NCBI GenBank assembly: GCA_965250285.1
Contig: OZ252299.1
Coordinates: 4,352,001-4,416,000, forward strand
Direction: 5' to 3'
Origin: Myxococcota bacterium
GTDB taxonomy: Bacteria; Myxococcota_A; UBA9160; UBA4427
DNA: 64,000 nt
Shown: positions 50,001 to 59,226 of the stretch, piece after piece
Layout of the letters: each line of letters opens with the position of its first letter
Numbering within the stretch: position 1 is the stretch's first letter
Program-made: the position numbers and the translations under genes
The notes under the pieces: generated by a model
Told to the model about the DNA's origin: nothing
Seen by the model: the letters and a program-made list of their open reading frames with translations, nothing else
The model's database searches: none

Positions 50001-50608
50001 CACGCTCGGCCGCGAAGACGTCGGTCGAGACCGACGGGCGACGCCTGCGCTCGGAGCGCAGTCGCGAAGCGATCGCCGAGGCGCTCTTCGAGCTGATCGG
50101 CGAAGGCCACGCCGTCCCGACCGCACAGCAGGTCGCCGAGCGCGCGGGGGTCGGGATTCGCACGGTGTTTCGGCTCTTCAACGACATGGAGGAGCTGTAC
50201 GCCACGCTCGACGCGCGGCTGATCGCCGAGGTCGAACCGACCCTGCGCGACGCACCGCCCGAAGGTGAGCCGCTGCGACAACGCGCCGCCTCGCTGGTGC
50301 AGGATCGAACCAGCCTCTACGAACGCATCGCCCCCTACAAGCGAGCGTCGACCTCGAAACGCGGCCAATCGCCCTTCCTCATGAAGCAGCACCGCAAGCT
50401 CGTGTGCACCCTGCGCGATCGGCTGCTGCGCTGGCTGCCCGAGCTGCGCGAGGCGCCGGCCGACCTGCGAGACGCCCTCGAGCAGGTCACCTCGTTCGAA
50501 GCCTGGGACCGCCTGCGCATCGATCAGGGCCTGTCTCGCCCCCGTACCCGCGCGGCCATGGAGCGCGCCGTGATGGCCCTGGTCGACGAGCTGGAGAGAT
50601 CGACATGA
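49997..50608 (+). CDS. TetR/AcrR family transcriptional regulator
   Basis: DGRRLRSERSR and PTAQQVAERAGVGIRTVFRLF. GTGA overlap with the upstream gene. Confidence 0.9.
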   Translation: MTRSAAKTSVETDGRRLRSERSREAIAEALFELIGEGHAVPTAQQVAERAGVGIRTVFRLFNDMEELYATLDARLIAEVEPTLRDAPPEGEPLRQRAASLVQDRTSLYERIAPYKRASTSKRGQSPFLMKQHRKLVCTLRDRLLRWLPELREAPADLRDALEQVTSFEAWDRLRIDQGLSRPRTRAAMERAVMALVDELERST

Positions 50609-51510
50609 AGGTGCTTCGCACGCCCGACCAACGCTTCGAAGGGCTCGAGGGCTACGACTTCGAGCCGCACTACACCACGATCGAGGATGCGGACGGAACC
50701 CCGATCCGCATTCACCACATCGACGAGGGCCCGCGCGACGGCGCGCCCGTGCTGCTGATGCACGGCAACCCGACCTGGGCGTACCTCTATCGAAACTTCG
50801 TCCCGCGGCTCGCGGCCGCGGGGCATCGCGTGATCGCCGTCGACCTCGTCGGCTGCGGGCGCTCGGACAAGCCGGCCGAGCGCGCCGACTACACCCAGGC
50901 CCGCCACGTCGACTGGCTCACGCAGTGGCTCACCGCGCTGGATCTGAACGACACGACCCTCTTCTGCCAGGACTGGGGCGGCACGCTGGGTCTCCACCTC
51001 GTCGCTCACCATCCCGAGCGCTTCGCCCGGGTCGTCGCCGCCAACACGGGGCTGCCGCTCGGCGAGGGCGAGAGCGCGTTCATGAAGATGTGGGTCGGCA
51101 TGATGCGCGAGGCCGAGCAGTTCCCGTTCCAGCAGATGCTGCCGACCGGCATGACGCACGAGCTCACGCCCGGCGAGTTCGATGCGTACCTTGCGCCCTT
51201 CCCCGATCCCTCGTACGAAGCGGCCCTCTGCATCTTTCCGATGCTGATCGCCGTGCAGCCCGACAACCCGGGCGTGCCGGGCAACCGCGAGGCATGGGCC
51301 CGGCTCGGCACCTTCGAGAAGCCCTTTCTCACGCTCTTCGGAGCAAAGGATCCCGTCACCCAGGGCGGTGAGAAGGCGCTCATCGCCCACGTCCCCGGCG
51401 CCGCGGGCCAGCCTCATCACGTGTTTCCCGACGCCAGTCATTTCATTCAAGAAGACGTTCCCGACGAGCTCGTCGACCGCATGCTCGACTTCATCGGTTC
51501 GACGAGCTGA
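50605..51510 (+). CDS. Haloalkane dehalogenase (DhlA/DhmA-type)
   Basis: LRTPDQRF, HGNPTW.YLYR, G.GRSDKP, CQDWGG nucleophile and SHFIQED. Confidence 0.88.
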   Translation: MKVLRTPDQRFEGLEGYDFEPHYTTIEDADGTPIRIHHIDEGPRDGAPVLLMHGNPTWAYLYRNFVPRLAAAGHRVIAVDLVGCGRSDKPAERADYTQARHVDWLTQWLTALDLNDTTLFCQDWGGTLGLHLVAHHPERFARVVAANTGLPLGEGESAFMKMWVGMMREAEQFPFQQMLPTGMTHELTPGEFDAYLAPFPDPSYEAALCIFPMLIAVQPDNPGVPGNREAWARLGTFEKPFLTLFGAKDPVTQGGEKALIAHVPGAAGQPHHVFPDASHFIQEDVPDELVDRMLDFIGSTS

Positions 51511-51571
51511 GTCGGCTCGCATCCCCAAGCGAGGCGTACGCTTTGCCCCCGTCCACCAGAGAGGAAGCCCC

Positions 51572-52180
51572 ATGCTCGTCGTTCACTTCGCACCCAACTC
51601 ACGCGCCGGTCGCATCATCTGGCTGCTCGAAGAGCTCGGCCTCGAGTACGAGGTCAACAAGATGGCCTTCCACCCGAAAGACCTGAAGTCGGACGCGCAT
51701 CGCGCGCGACACCCGCTCGGCCGCATCCCCGTGCTCGACGACGGCGACGTCTCGATCTACGAGTCGGGCGCCATCATCGAGTACGTCATGGCCCGGTACG
51801 GCGACGGCGGCCTCAAGCCCGCCGTCGACGCGAAGGAGTTCCCCGAGTACCTGCAGTGGTTCCACTACTGCGAGGGGATGGTAATGCCGCCGATCAACAC
51901 GATCATGGTGCACTCGGTGCTGCTCCCGCCCGAGCGCCGCGACGCCACCGTGCTCGCGCAGGCGCAGAAGCTGCTCGGCCGCGCCGTCGCGCCCGTCGAC
52001 GAGGCGCTGGCCGGGCGCGACTACCTCGTCGGCGACTTCACCGCCGCCGACATCATGCTCGGTCACTCGCTCTTCATGTCGAATCGGCTGGGCCAGGTGT
52101 CGGACGAGATGGCCAACCTCAAGGCCTACGTCGGCCGCATCGAGGCGCGGCCCGCCTTCCAGAAGGCGATCACGATGTAG
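51572..52180 (+). CDS. Glutathione S-transferase family protein
   Basis: SRAGRIIWLLEEL, HPLGRIP, ESGAI and FTAADI. Confidence 0.92.
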   Translation: MLVVHFAPNSRAGRIIWLLEELGLEYEVNKMAFHPKDLKSDAHRARHPLGRIPVLDDGDVSIYESGAIIEYVMARYGDGGLKPAVDAKEFPEYLQWFHYCEGMVMPPINTIMVHSVLLPPERRDATVLAQAQKLLGRAVAPVDEALAGRDYLVGDFTAADIMLGHSLFMSNRLGQVSDEMANLKAYVGRIEARPAFQKAITM

Positions 52181-52237
52181 TCGGGCCGCCCGGTTCGGGG
52201 CGGCCCCGAGGAGTGCACGCGTGTCGAGCCGACGCCC

Positions 52238-52924
52238 ATGACGAAGTGGCTGCTTCGCATCGCGCTCGCCCTGGTGGTGTTCTTTGCCTGGGCGTTCTGG
52301 CTGATCTTTCTCTCGTCGCGTCCACCGAACACGACCGACCCGGCCACCTTGGCGGGCGATGGCAGCGCGCTCGACTACTGCGCCCTCCCCGTGCTCGACG
52401 GCCAAGGCAAGCGCGCGAGCGAGATCCCGAAAGGCAACACGCCGGGCTGCAGCTACACACACTTCCCGCTGCCGATCCTCGCCGAGTGCACCGAGCCGCT
52501 CGCCTTCGGGGCGAGCGACATCCGCGGCCTGTGGGTCGGCGTCGAGGGGCGGCACACGGGCCACGTCGAGCGGATCGAACAGTGCGGGGCGCGCACGGTC
52601 GTGACGTCTTCGGGCATCATCCACGACGCCGGACCGAACAGCACGCTCGGCGAGACGACGAACGATACTGAAGGCGGTGTGCTCTTCATGGTCGGTGAAC
52701 GCGAGTACTGCCCGCGCACATCGGCCAGCATGGTCTGGAACGACGGCGTGCTCGACTTCCACGTCTTCGGCTGGGGGCCGGTGGTCGTGCAGCGCTATCT
52801 CGAAGGCGAGCAGCTCGTGTGGGCGTACGCGGACGGCAGCGTCACGCGCATGGATCGGATCTGCACGCTGCCCGAGAGCGCGCGCGTGCCCGCGTCGCGC
52901 GGGCGCCGGGTGCAGATCTTCTGA
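52238..52924 (+). CDS. Hypothetical membrane-anchored Cys-containing protein
   Basis: N-terminal TM helix and coding-like composition. No family recognised. Confidence 0.6.
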   Translation: MTKWLLRIALALVVFFAWAFWLIFLSSRPPNTTDPATLAGDGSALDYCALPVLDGQGKRASEIPKGNTPGCSYTHFPLPILAECTEPLAFGASDIRGLWVGVEGRHTGHVERIEQCGARTVVTSSGIIHDAGPNSTLGETTNDTEGGVLFMVGEREYCPRTSASMVWNDGVLDFHVFGWGPVVVQRYLEGEQLVWAYADGSVTRMDRICTLPESARVPASRGRRVQIF

Positions 52925-52962
52925 CGCGGTCCGCCGACGCGCTTCTGCGTCGGCGGACCGCG
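52925..52962. terminator. Perfect 16-bp stem-loop between convergent genes
   Basis: CGCGGTCCGCCGACGC-GCTTCT-GCGTCGGCGGACCGCG. Confidence 0.65.
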
Positions 52963-52984
52963 AGAGATGATCCAGCGACGCCGC

Positions 52985-53695
52985 TCAGTCCCAGAAGTTC
53001 CACCACGACTTCTCGGCTTCGGCCTGGGCTTCGTCGGCGCGGTCGGCCGCGACGTCGATGCCCTCTTGCGCCGAGTCTTCGGCGGCGTCGGCCTGGGCGC
53101 GGGCCTGGGCTTCGGCGTCGTCGATCTCGGTACGGGCCTGGGCTTCGGCGTCGTCGATCTCGGTACGGGCCTGGTCTTCGGCGTCGTCCATCTTCGCGCG
53201 GGCCTGGGCCTCGGCGTCGTCCATCTCGGAGCGAGCCTGGGCCTCGGCGTCGTCCATCGCCGTGCGGGCCTGGGCCTCGGCGTCATCGGCCGCGGTGCGG
53301 GCCTGGGCCTCGGCGTCGTCGGCTGCGGTGCGGGCCTGGGCCTCGGCGTCGTCGGCTGCGGTGCGGGCCTGGGCCTCGGCGTCATCGGCCGCGGCGCGGG
53401 CGCTCGACTCGGCGTCGGCCGCGGCAGCGTTTGCGCTCGCCTTCGCGTCGGCGGCGGCGTCGCGCGCCGATGCCTCCATGTCGTTGGCCGCCTGAGTGGC
53501 GTCGGCCTGGGCGTCGGCCTGGGCGTCGGCGGCTGCGCTCTCGGCCGCTTGCTGGTGATCGGCCGCCTTCTGTGAGGCTGCGTCGGCGTGCGCCTTGCCC
53601 ATCGACTGGGCGGCGCCGTGCATGTCGGCGAGCGCCGAACCCGCGATGAGCAGGAATGAGGCGATGACGATGAGCGCGAGTCGGGATCGGTTCAC
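52985..53695 (-). CDS. Secreted Ala/Asp-rich protein with 11-aa tandem repeats (LEA/apolipoprotein-like)
   Basis: GTG after GGAGG, signal peptide ending ALA-D, nine DDAE(A/D)QARxxx repeats and C-terminal KSWWNFWD. Confidence 0.75.
   Translation of the reverse strand: MNRSRLALIVIASFLLIAGSALADMHGAAQSMGKAHADAASQKAADHQQAAESAAADAQADAQADATQAANDMEASARDAAADAKASANAAAADAESSARAAADDAEAQARTAADDAEAQARTAADDAEAQARTAADDAEAQARTAMDDAEAQARSEMDDAEAQARAKMDDAEDQARTEIDDAEAQARTEIDDAEAQARAQADAAEDSAQEGIDVAADRADEAQAEAEKSWWNFWD
53090..53386 (-). repeat. Nine 33-bp coding tandem repeats
   Basis: Unit on the + strand resembles CGGGCCTGGGCYTCGGCGTCGTC-N10 with period 33. Confidence 0.9.
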
Positions 53696-54009
53696 TTTCT
53701 TCCTCCAGGGCCTCGTGGCCAAACCCCCACTTCGCGGGGGAGATGAAACTCGTTTCGAATCGGCCCCGAACACTACCGAAGCGCCGGGCGCGAAACGTGA
53801 CGAATCTACACTTTTCTGCGAAACCACCGGGTTTCGCGAGCTCGACATGAGCGGGCGGCCTTCTGCTCGATCACCACCGCGTAGGCCCGACGAAACCGAC
53901 TTGCCTCGCGCTGCCCAGTGGTGGGATGGTGGGATTCGAGTTGACAGCCGGCGGTCGTCGCCGCGAGGCCGCGGCGAGGCAGACGAGCTGAGGACCGAGG
54001 GAGAAGACC

Positions 54010-55944
54010 ATGTGTGGGATCGTCGGGGGAATGCTGCCTGCGGGCCGGGTCGACGAAGGCCGGCTCGAGCGCGCGCTCGAGGTGCTGCACCACCGCGGCC
54101 CCGATGACCGCGGCCGATGGATCTCGCCCGATGGCCGCTGGTTCCTCGGGCATACGCGCCTCTCGATCATCGGCCTCGAGAACGGCGATCAGCCGATGCG
54201 TGACCCCTCCGGCCGTGTGCACATGGTCGTGAACGGCGAGTTCTACGGCTACCGGGCGATCCGTGAAGAGCTGCGGTCGGCGGGCTACGCCTTCTCGACC
54301 GATTCGGATAGCGAGATCGCGCTGCATCTCTATCACCGCGACGGCACGAACCTCGCCCAGCACCTGCGCGGCGAGTACGCCGTGCTCATCGCCGACCATG
54401 CGAACGACGCGATGATCGCGATCCGCGACCGCTTCGGCATCAAGCCCCTCTTCTACGCCCTGCACGAAGGCGGCGTCATCTTCGCCTCCGAGATCAAGGC
54501 GCTGCTCGCGCTCGGCGTCCCGGCGCGCTGGAATCGCGAAGCGGTGCTGCAGGAGTCGTATCTCGTCCGTCCGCACTCACGCACGCTCTTCGACGGCATC
54601 TACACCGTTCCGCCCGGCCACTACGCGATCGCGCAGCGCGGTGAGGTGTCGACCTTCCCCTACTGGGATCTCGATTTTCCGACCGCCGGCGAGCTCGCCC
54701 GAGACGATCGCAGCGACGAAGAGGTGGTCGCCGGCTTTCGCGAGGCGCTCGCCGACGCCGTGCGCGAGCGGCTCGTCGCCGATGTCGAGGTCGCGTCGTA
54801 TCTGAGCGGCGGCATCGACTCGTGCGCCGTGCTCGGCCTCGCGCAATCGATGAGCGAGCGGCCGATTCGCGCGTTCACGCTCGCATTCGACGACGCGCGC
54901 TTCGACGAGAGCGCGCTCGCCGAAGAGCAGGCTCGGCTCTGCGGATCGACCTACCACCCGATCCCGGTGACGAGGGAGGCGCTGGCCGACGCGTACTCGG
55001 ACGCCGTCTGGCACGCCGAGACCCCCTTCGTGAACGGCCACGGCGTCGCGAAGTTTCTCTTGAGTCAGGCGGTGCGCGACGCAGGCATCAAGGTCGTCTT
55101 CACCGGCGAGGGCGCCGACGAGATGCTCGGGGGCTACGCCCCCTTCCGTCGCGACGTGCTGCTCTACAACAGCGAAAAGCAGGATCCCGAGATCGTGCAG
55201 AAGCTGCTGGCCGAGATGCGAGCCAGCAATCAGGCGGTGCCCTCACTCGTCGGCAACGAAGCCGAGCCGGCCGCGATCCTCGATCTCGTTCGTCGCCAGC
55301 TGGGCTTCGTGCCCTCGTGGATCGAGATCTTCTCGCAGCTCGGCGAGCAGACGCGCGCGCTGTTCTCGAAAGAGATGCGTGAGATCGCCGCGGCGATCAA
55401 TCCCTACGCAATGTGTCTGGCGCGCCTGCCGGTCGCGTCGAAGATGCTCGGGCGCGATCCGCTGAACCAGGGCCTGTACTCGTGGTCTCGGGTGCACCTG
55501 CCGAACTTCATCTTGACGTTCCTGAGCGACCGGATGGAGATGGCGCACTCGATCGAGGGCCGGGTGCCCTTCCTCGACACGCGCGTGGCCGAATACTGCA
55601 CGGGCGTGCCCATTCACATGAAGATCAACGGCATGCGCGAGAAGCACGTGCTGCGCGAAGCGACCCGCGACGTCATCATCGACGCCGTCTACAACCGCGA
55701 GAAGCACCCCTTCACGTCACCGCCCGCGCGCGTCTCGACCGACGATCCGCTCTATGCGCTCTACGCCGACGTATTCGGCTCGAAGTCGCTCGAGGATCAG
55801 CCGATCTTCGACCCCGCCGCCGTTCGAAGAGCCTTCGACGAGTACGCGCACCTGCCCGAGGTCGAGCAGGTGATGATGGACGGCCTCTTCAACCGCGTGC
55901 TCAGCCTGACCCTGATGCATGAGCGGTTCGGGATGTCGGGCTGA
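54010..55944 (+). CDS. asnB: Asparagine synthase (glutamine-hydrolysing) family amidotransferase
   Basis: MCGI N-terminal nucleophile, HRGPD, RLSII, NGE.Y, RDRFGIKPL, LSGGIDS, GEGADE and EGRVPFLD. Confidence 0.92.
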   Translation: MCGIVGGMLPAGRVDEGRLERALEVLHHRGPDDRGRWISPDGRWFLGHTRLSIIGLENGDQPMRDPSGRVHMVVNGEFYGYRAIREELRSAGYAFSTDSDSEIALHLYHRDGTNLAQHLRGEYAVLIADHANDAMIAIRDRFGIKPLFYALHEGGVIFASEIKALLALGVPARWNREAVLQESYLVRPHSRTLFDGIYTVPPGHYAIAQRGEVSTFPYWDLDFPTAGELARDDRSDEEVVAGFREALADAVRERLVADVEVASYLSGGIDSCAVLGLAQSMSERPIRAFTLAFDDARFDESALAEEQARLCGSTYHPIPVTREALADAYSDAVWHAETPFVNGHGVAKFLLSQAVRDAGIKVVFTGEGADEMLGGYAPFRRDVLLYNSEKQDPEIVQKLLAEMRASNQAVPSLVGNEAEPAAILDLVRRQLGFVPSWIEIFSQLGEQTRALFSKEMREIAAAINPYAMCLARLPVASKMLGRDPLNQGLYSWSRVHLPNFILTFLSDRMEMAHSIEGRVPFLDTRVAEYCTGVPIHMKINGMREKHVLREATRDVIIDAVYNREKHPFTSPPARVSTDDPLYALYADVFGSKSLEDQPIFDPAAVRRAFDEYAHLPEVEQVMMDGLFNRVLSLTLMHERFGMSG

Positions 55945-56215
55945 ACGCAGAGGCCGGATACGCACCGAGCCGCCCGCCACGGCCCCGCGGTGCGTTCGCC
56001 TCAGCGCGCAAGTAGCTGCCTGCACAACGAAATCGGGTATCCGGCAGTCCACGCGCAGCCGGGGCGTGCAGACGTCCCGGCCTTCGAGTACTCGCCCGCG
56101 CAGCGCGCTGGCTGAGGTGCAAAGCCCCCGACATTTGCGAAGCCGGGGGGTTCGGGCGTACTCTCGACCTGTCGACCTCCCGCCGCTCCGGATCAGCCGG
56201 GGCCGAGTTCCTCCC

Positions 56216-56569
56216 ATGCAATCTCCGATCCGTGCCCTGCTCGTCGCTGGTTTCGTCGCCCTCGTGGCGATCGCCGCGATCAGTGCGCCCGCGATGTCGG
56301 CGCTGCATCTGCTCGAACACGCGGCGGTCGACGCGCCGGCCGGCGGTCTCGATGGCGCGCCCGATGCACCGCTCGGCGATGCCGAGCCCGAGTCGAGTTG
56401 CGATCTCTGCACGGCGCTCGCTCATGGCCGCACAGCGATCGACGCAACGGCACCGGCCCTGTGCCTCGACGAGACGCTCGGCGAGCGTCTCGCTCCGCGC
56501 CCCGCTGATCCGCTCTGCGCCGCAGTGCCGGTCGAATCCGCATCGCCGCGCGCTCCGCCCGTCCGCTGA
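56216..56569 (+). CDS. DUF2946/CruR-like leader protein (signal segment, CxxC, C-terminal RAPP), copy 1
   Basis: Hydrophobic N-terminus, His residues, CDLC at 56399-56410 and SPRAPPVR-stop (RAPP at 56549-56560). Confidence 0.75.
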   Translation: MQSPIRALLVAGFVALVAIAAISAPAMSALHLLEHAAVDAPAGGLDGAPDAPLGDAEPESSCDLCTALAHGRTAIDATAPALCLDETLGERLAPRPADPLCAAVPVESASPRAPPVR

Positions 56570-56669
56570 CTCTCGACCCATCCCCGCCACCCGGTGAAAG
56601 CCTGGCCGCGCCGTGCGCGCCCACTCGACCGTGTGGCCCTTCGAGACTCAGCTCTACGGGACCGTTCTC

Positions 56670-57230
56670 ATGCGAAACATCAAGCCTGCCGGAGCCCCCG
56701 CTCCGGGGCGCCGCCAGTGGCACGACACCTACGACATCTTCGAAGCGCAGATCCGACCGCTGCTGCCCACCGTGCGCGCGACCGCGCGTCGCATCCTCGG
56801 CGATGACGACGCGGCCGCCGACGCGGTGCAAGAGGCGCTGATCTCGCTGTGGCAGGCCGGCCCCGTGCCCGATCACCTGCGCCGCTGGCTGCTGCGCACC
56901 GTGGTGCACCGCAGCCTGCACGCACGCCGCACCAATCACCGCCGAGCACACTGGGAAGACAAGGGCGGCGAAGCCGTGCTTTCGTGCACGCTGTGCGATC
57001 CCGAGCGACAGCTCGAGGTGCGCGAGCTGCTCGACGTGCTCGAGGCTTCGCTCGACGGCCTTTCACCCGATCAGCGCCAGGTGATCGAGCTGCGCGACAT
57101 CGATGGGCTCGAATACCGTGAGATCGCCGCGCGGCTCGACGTGCCCGTGGGCACCGTTCGATCGCGACTCAACCGCGCGCGTGCGCGGGTGCGCGAGTCG
57201 GCGGACCGCTTGATGGCCGACATCCGATGA
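56670..57230 (+). CDS. ECF (sigma-70 family) RNA polymerase sigma factor with CxxC in the sigma2-sigma4 linker
   Basis: DAADAVQEA-like region, LRRWLLRTV (sigma2), CTLC at 56985-56996 and LEYREIAARLDVPVGTVRSRLNRAR (sigma4). Alternative GTG start at 56613. Confidence 0.9.
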   Translation: MRNIKPAGAPAPGRRQWHDTYDIFEAQIRPLLPTVRATARRILGDDDAAADAVQEALISLWQAGPVPDHLRRWLLRTVVHRSLHARRTNHRRAHWEDKGGEAVLSCTLCDPERQLEVRELLDVLEASLDGLSPDQRQVIELRDIDGLEYREIAARLDVPVGTVRSRLNRARARVRESADRLMADIR

Positions 57231-57291
57231 ATCTCTCCGCTGCATCGTCGCACCGCCCGGTCGTCGCGCGTGCAGCCCGTCGCCTCGCTCG

Positions 57292-58161
57292 ATGACGTCG
57301 ATTGCGAGCCTCGGAGCGCTGTTGCTCGCGACGTCGACGCTGACCGGGCTCTGGCTGACCCGACGCGAGCTGATTCGGCGCCGCACGCGCGCGCGCCTCG
57401 CCGAGGCGACCGACCCGGCCGAAGAGGGCGCCCTCGCACGCACGCCCTCGGCCCGGCCCGTATCCGACCTACCTACGGTCTGGCCCAGTGCCTGCACGGC
57501 CGTCCTCACATTCGCGCTCTGCTCGATCGGCGCCGGCTGGACGACGGCCATCTCGAGCGGCATCGGCGCCGTCGCCGGCACGCTCTGCTTCGTGATGCTC
57601 GCCTCGCTGGCCCAGAGCCGAGCGCTTCAGCTCGAAGAGGGCCTGGCCGAGGTCGTATCGCTCGCGAGCTCGGCGCTGCGCGCCGGGGCGAGCCCGGTCG
57701 ATGCCCTCGAGCGCGCCGCCCGGGCCGTGCGGGGGCCGGCCAGCCCCATCCTGCTCGACCTGTCGGGGCGGGTGCGCCTCGGCGACGACGCCACGACGGC
57801 CCTCGAGGCCATGGTCGAGCGCGTGCCGCTCGAGTCGTATCGCCTCTTCGCCGTGGCCCTGTCGGTGCAGTGGCGCGCCGGCGGCAGCCTCGAGCGATCG
57901 CTGAGCGTCGTCGGCCGCGCGGTGCGCGACCGGGTCGAGCTCGAGCGCCGCATCCAGACGCAGTCTGCGCCAACGACGGCTTCGATCTTCGCCTTCGTCG
58001 CGGCGACGGCGGGCATCGCCTACCTCATGTGGCAGAACGATCCGGTCAACATGGAGTACTTCCTCGTCTCGTCGATGGGCAGCAACCTGGTCGGCGGCGC
58101 CATCTGGCTGCAGGCGATCGGGACGTTCTGGATCTGGCACATGTCGCAGGTGCGGACATGA
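57292..58161 (+). CDS. tadB: Tad secretion inner-membrane protein TadB (T2SS F domain)
   Basis: ALRAGASPVDAL, FAVALSVQWRAGGSLERSL..V...VRDR and C-terminal TM helices. Confidence 0.82.
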   Translation: MTSIASLGALLLATSTLTGLWLTRRELIRRRTRARLAEATDPAEEGALARTPSARPVSDLPTVWPSACTAVLTFALCSIGAGWTTAISSGIGAVAGTLCFVMLASLAQSRALQLEEGLAEVVSLASSALRAGASPVDALERAARAVRGPASPILLDLSGRVRLGDDATTALEAMVERVPLESYRLFAVALSVQWRAGGSLERSLSVVGRAVRDRVELERRIQTQSAPTTASIFAFVAATAGIAYLMWQNDPVNMEYFLVSSMGSNLVGGAIWLQAIGTFWIWHMSQVRT

Positions 58162-58236
58162 GGGCGTCGGCGCTCAGTCGAATCTTCGGGGCGCAGCCGC
58201 TTTGCCGCCCCGCCCGAAGTGGGCGGGCCTGACGCG

Positions 58237-59133
58237 ATGTCGATCCTCACACTCGTCGCGCTGATCTCGATCGCCGCCCTGCTCGCGGGAGCCGCGACGC
58301 TCTTCTCGCTCCACTGGCGCTCGCGGGCCCGCGAACGTCTCTGGCACGAAGAAGAAGAGGCGCCGCACCGCGAGACGCAGGGCTGGCTCGCACGCTGGCT
58401 CGCCCTCGCCGGATATCGGCGCCCCGAGGCGCCCGGGGTGTTCGTTGCGATCTGCCTCGCGTGCCTGGCCGGGGGCGTGGCCGTGGCGAGCCTGCTGGGC
58501 CAGAGCCCCGTGCTACTCGGCTCGGCCGCTCAGATCGCGGGCATTCCGGTCGTCGGTCTCACGCTCGCGCGCGCGGTCATGTTGCTGCCGTGGATCGCGG
58601 CGCTCTTCACGATGGCGCTGCCGGCGCTGCTCGTGCGTGCACAGCGAGATCGACGCGTCGTGGCCATCGAGCAGGATCTGCCGATGCTGCTCGAGCTGCT
58701 CGCGACCCTGGCCGAGAGCGGGCTCAGCTTCGATGCGTCGCTCGACCGCGTGATCGACTCACAGCCGACCGAGCGGCCGCTGATCACTGAGCTTCGCCTC
58801 TACGCGCTCGAGGTGCGCGCGGGTGGCGCCCGCAGCGAGAGCCTCGAACGGCTCGCAGACCGCATCGAGGTGCGGTCGGTGACGAGCGCGGTCTCGGCGC
58901 TGGTGCAGGCCGAGGAGGTTGGGTCGGGGCTGTCCGAGGTGCTGCGGCCGCTGGCCGACGACCTGCGCCTGCGGCGCCGCGAACGTGCGCTCGCGCGCGC
59001 CGAGGCGCTGCCCGAGAAGCTCGTGTTTCCCCTGGTGCTGGGCTTCCTGCCGGGGCTCATGGTGTGGACCCTGGGGCCCTCACTCTTTCAGCTGATGAAC
59101 ACCGTCGACGCGATCATGCGCGGGCCGCGCTGA
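58237..59133 (+). CDS. tadC: Tad secretion inner-membrane protein TadC (T2SS F domain)
   Basis: LALAGYR, DLPMLLELLATLAESGLSFDASL, LVQAEEVG.GLSEVLR and KLVFPLVL.FLP...GP. Confidence 0.85.
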   Translation: MSILTLVALISIAALLAGAATLFSLHWRSRARERLWHEEEEAPHRETQGWLARWLALAGYRRPEAPGVFVAICLACLAGGVAVASLLGQSPVLLGSAAQIAGIPVVGLTLARAVMLLPWIAALFTMALPALLVRAQRDRRVVAIEQDLPMLLELLATLAESGLSFDASLDRVIDSQPTERPLITELRLYALEVRAGGARSESLERLADRIEVRSVTSAVSALVQAEEVGSGLSEVLRPLADDLRLRRRERALARAEALPEKLVFPLVLGFLPGLMVWTLGPSLFQLMNTVDAIMRGPR

Positions 59134-59226
59134 CGCGTTCGACGCGTCGCCACTCGAGCGACCGCGCGACGACCCGCAGCCTCGACCAAGCGTGACCCGA
59201 GCAACGGGGTCGGCCGGCGCCCTCGA

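Noticed and set aside
53090..53386. 33-bp repeats as a CRISPR array
   Set aside because: The repeats are contiguous and in frame, with no unique spacers and no cas genes.
52967..53575. Plus-strand Gly/Leu/Val repeat ORF
   Set aside because: It is the antisense reading of the 33-bp repeat gene. The minus-strand frame has the RBS and signal peptide.
54010..55944. AsnB as a lasso peptide cyclase
   Set aside because: It has an intact Cys-initiated glutaminase domain, and there is no B1/B2 peptidase or precursor peptide nearby.
56115..56155. GCAAAGCCCCCG segment resembling a c-di-GMP-I riboswitch
   Set aside because: The upstream GGCAAAC...GAAA P2 stem is missing, so the match is only partial.
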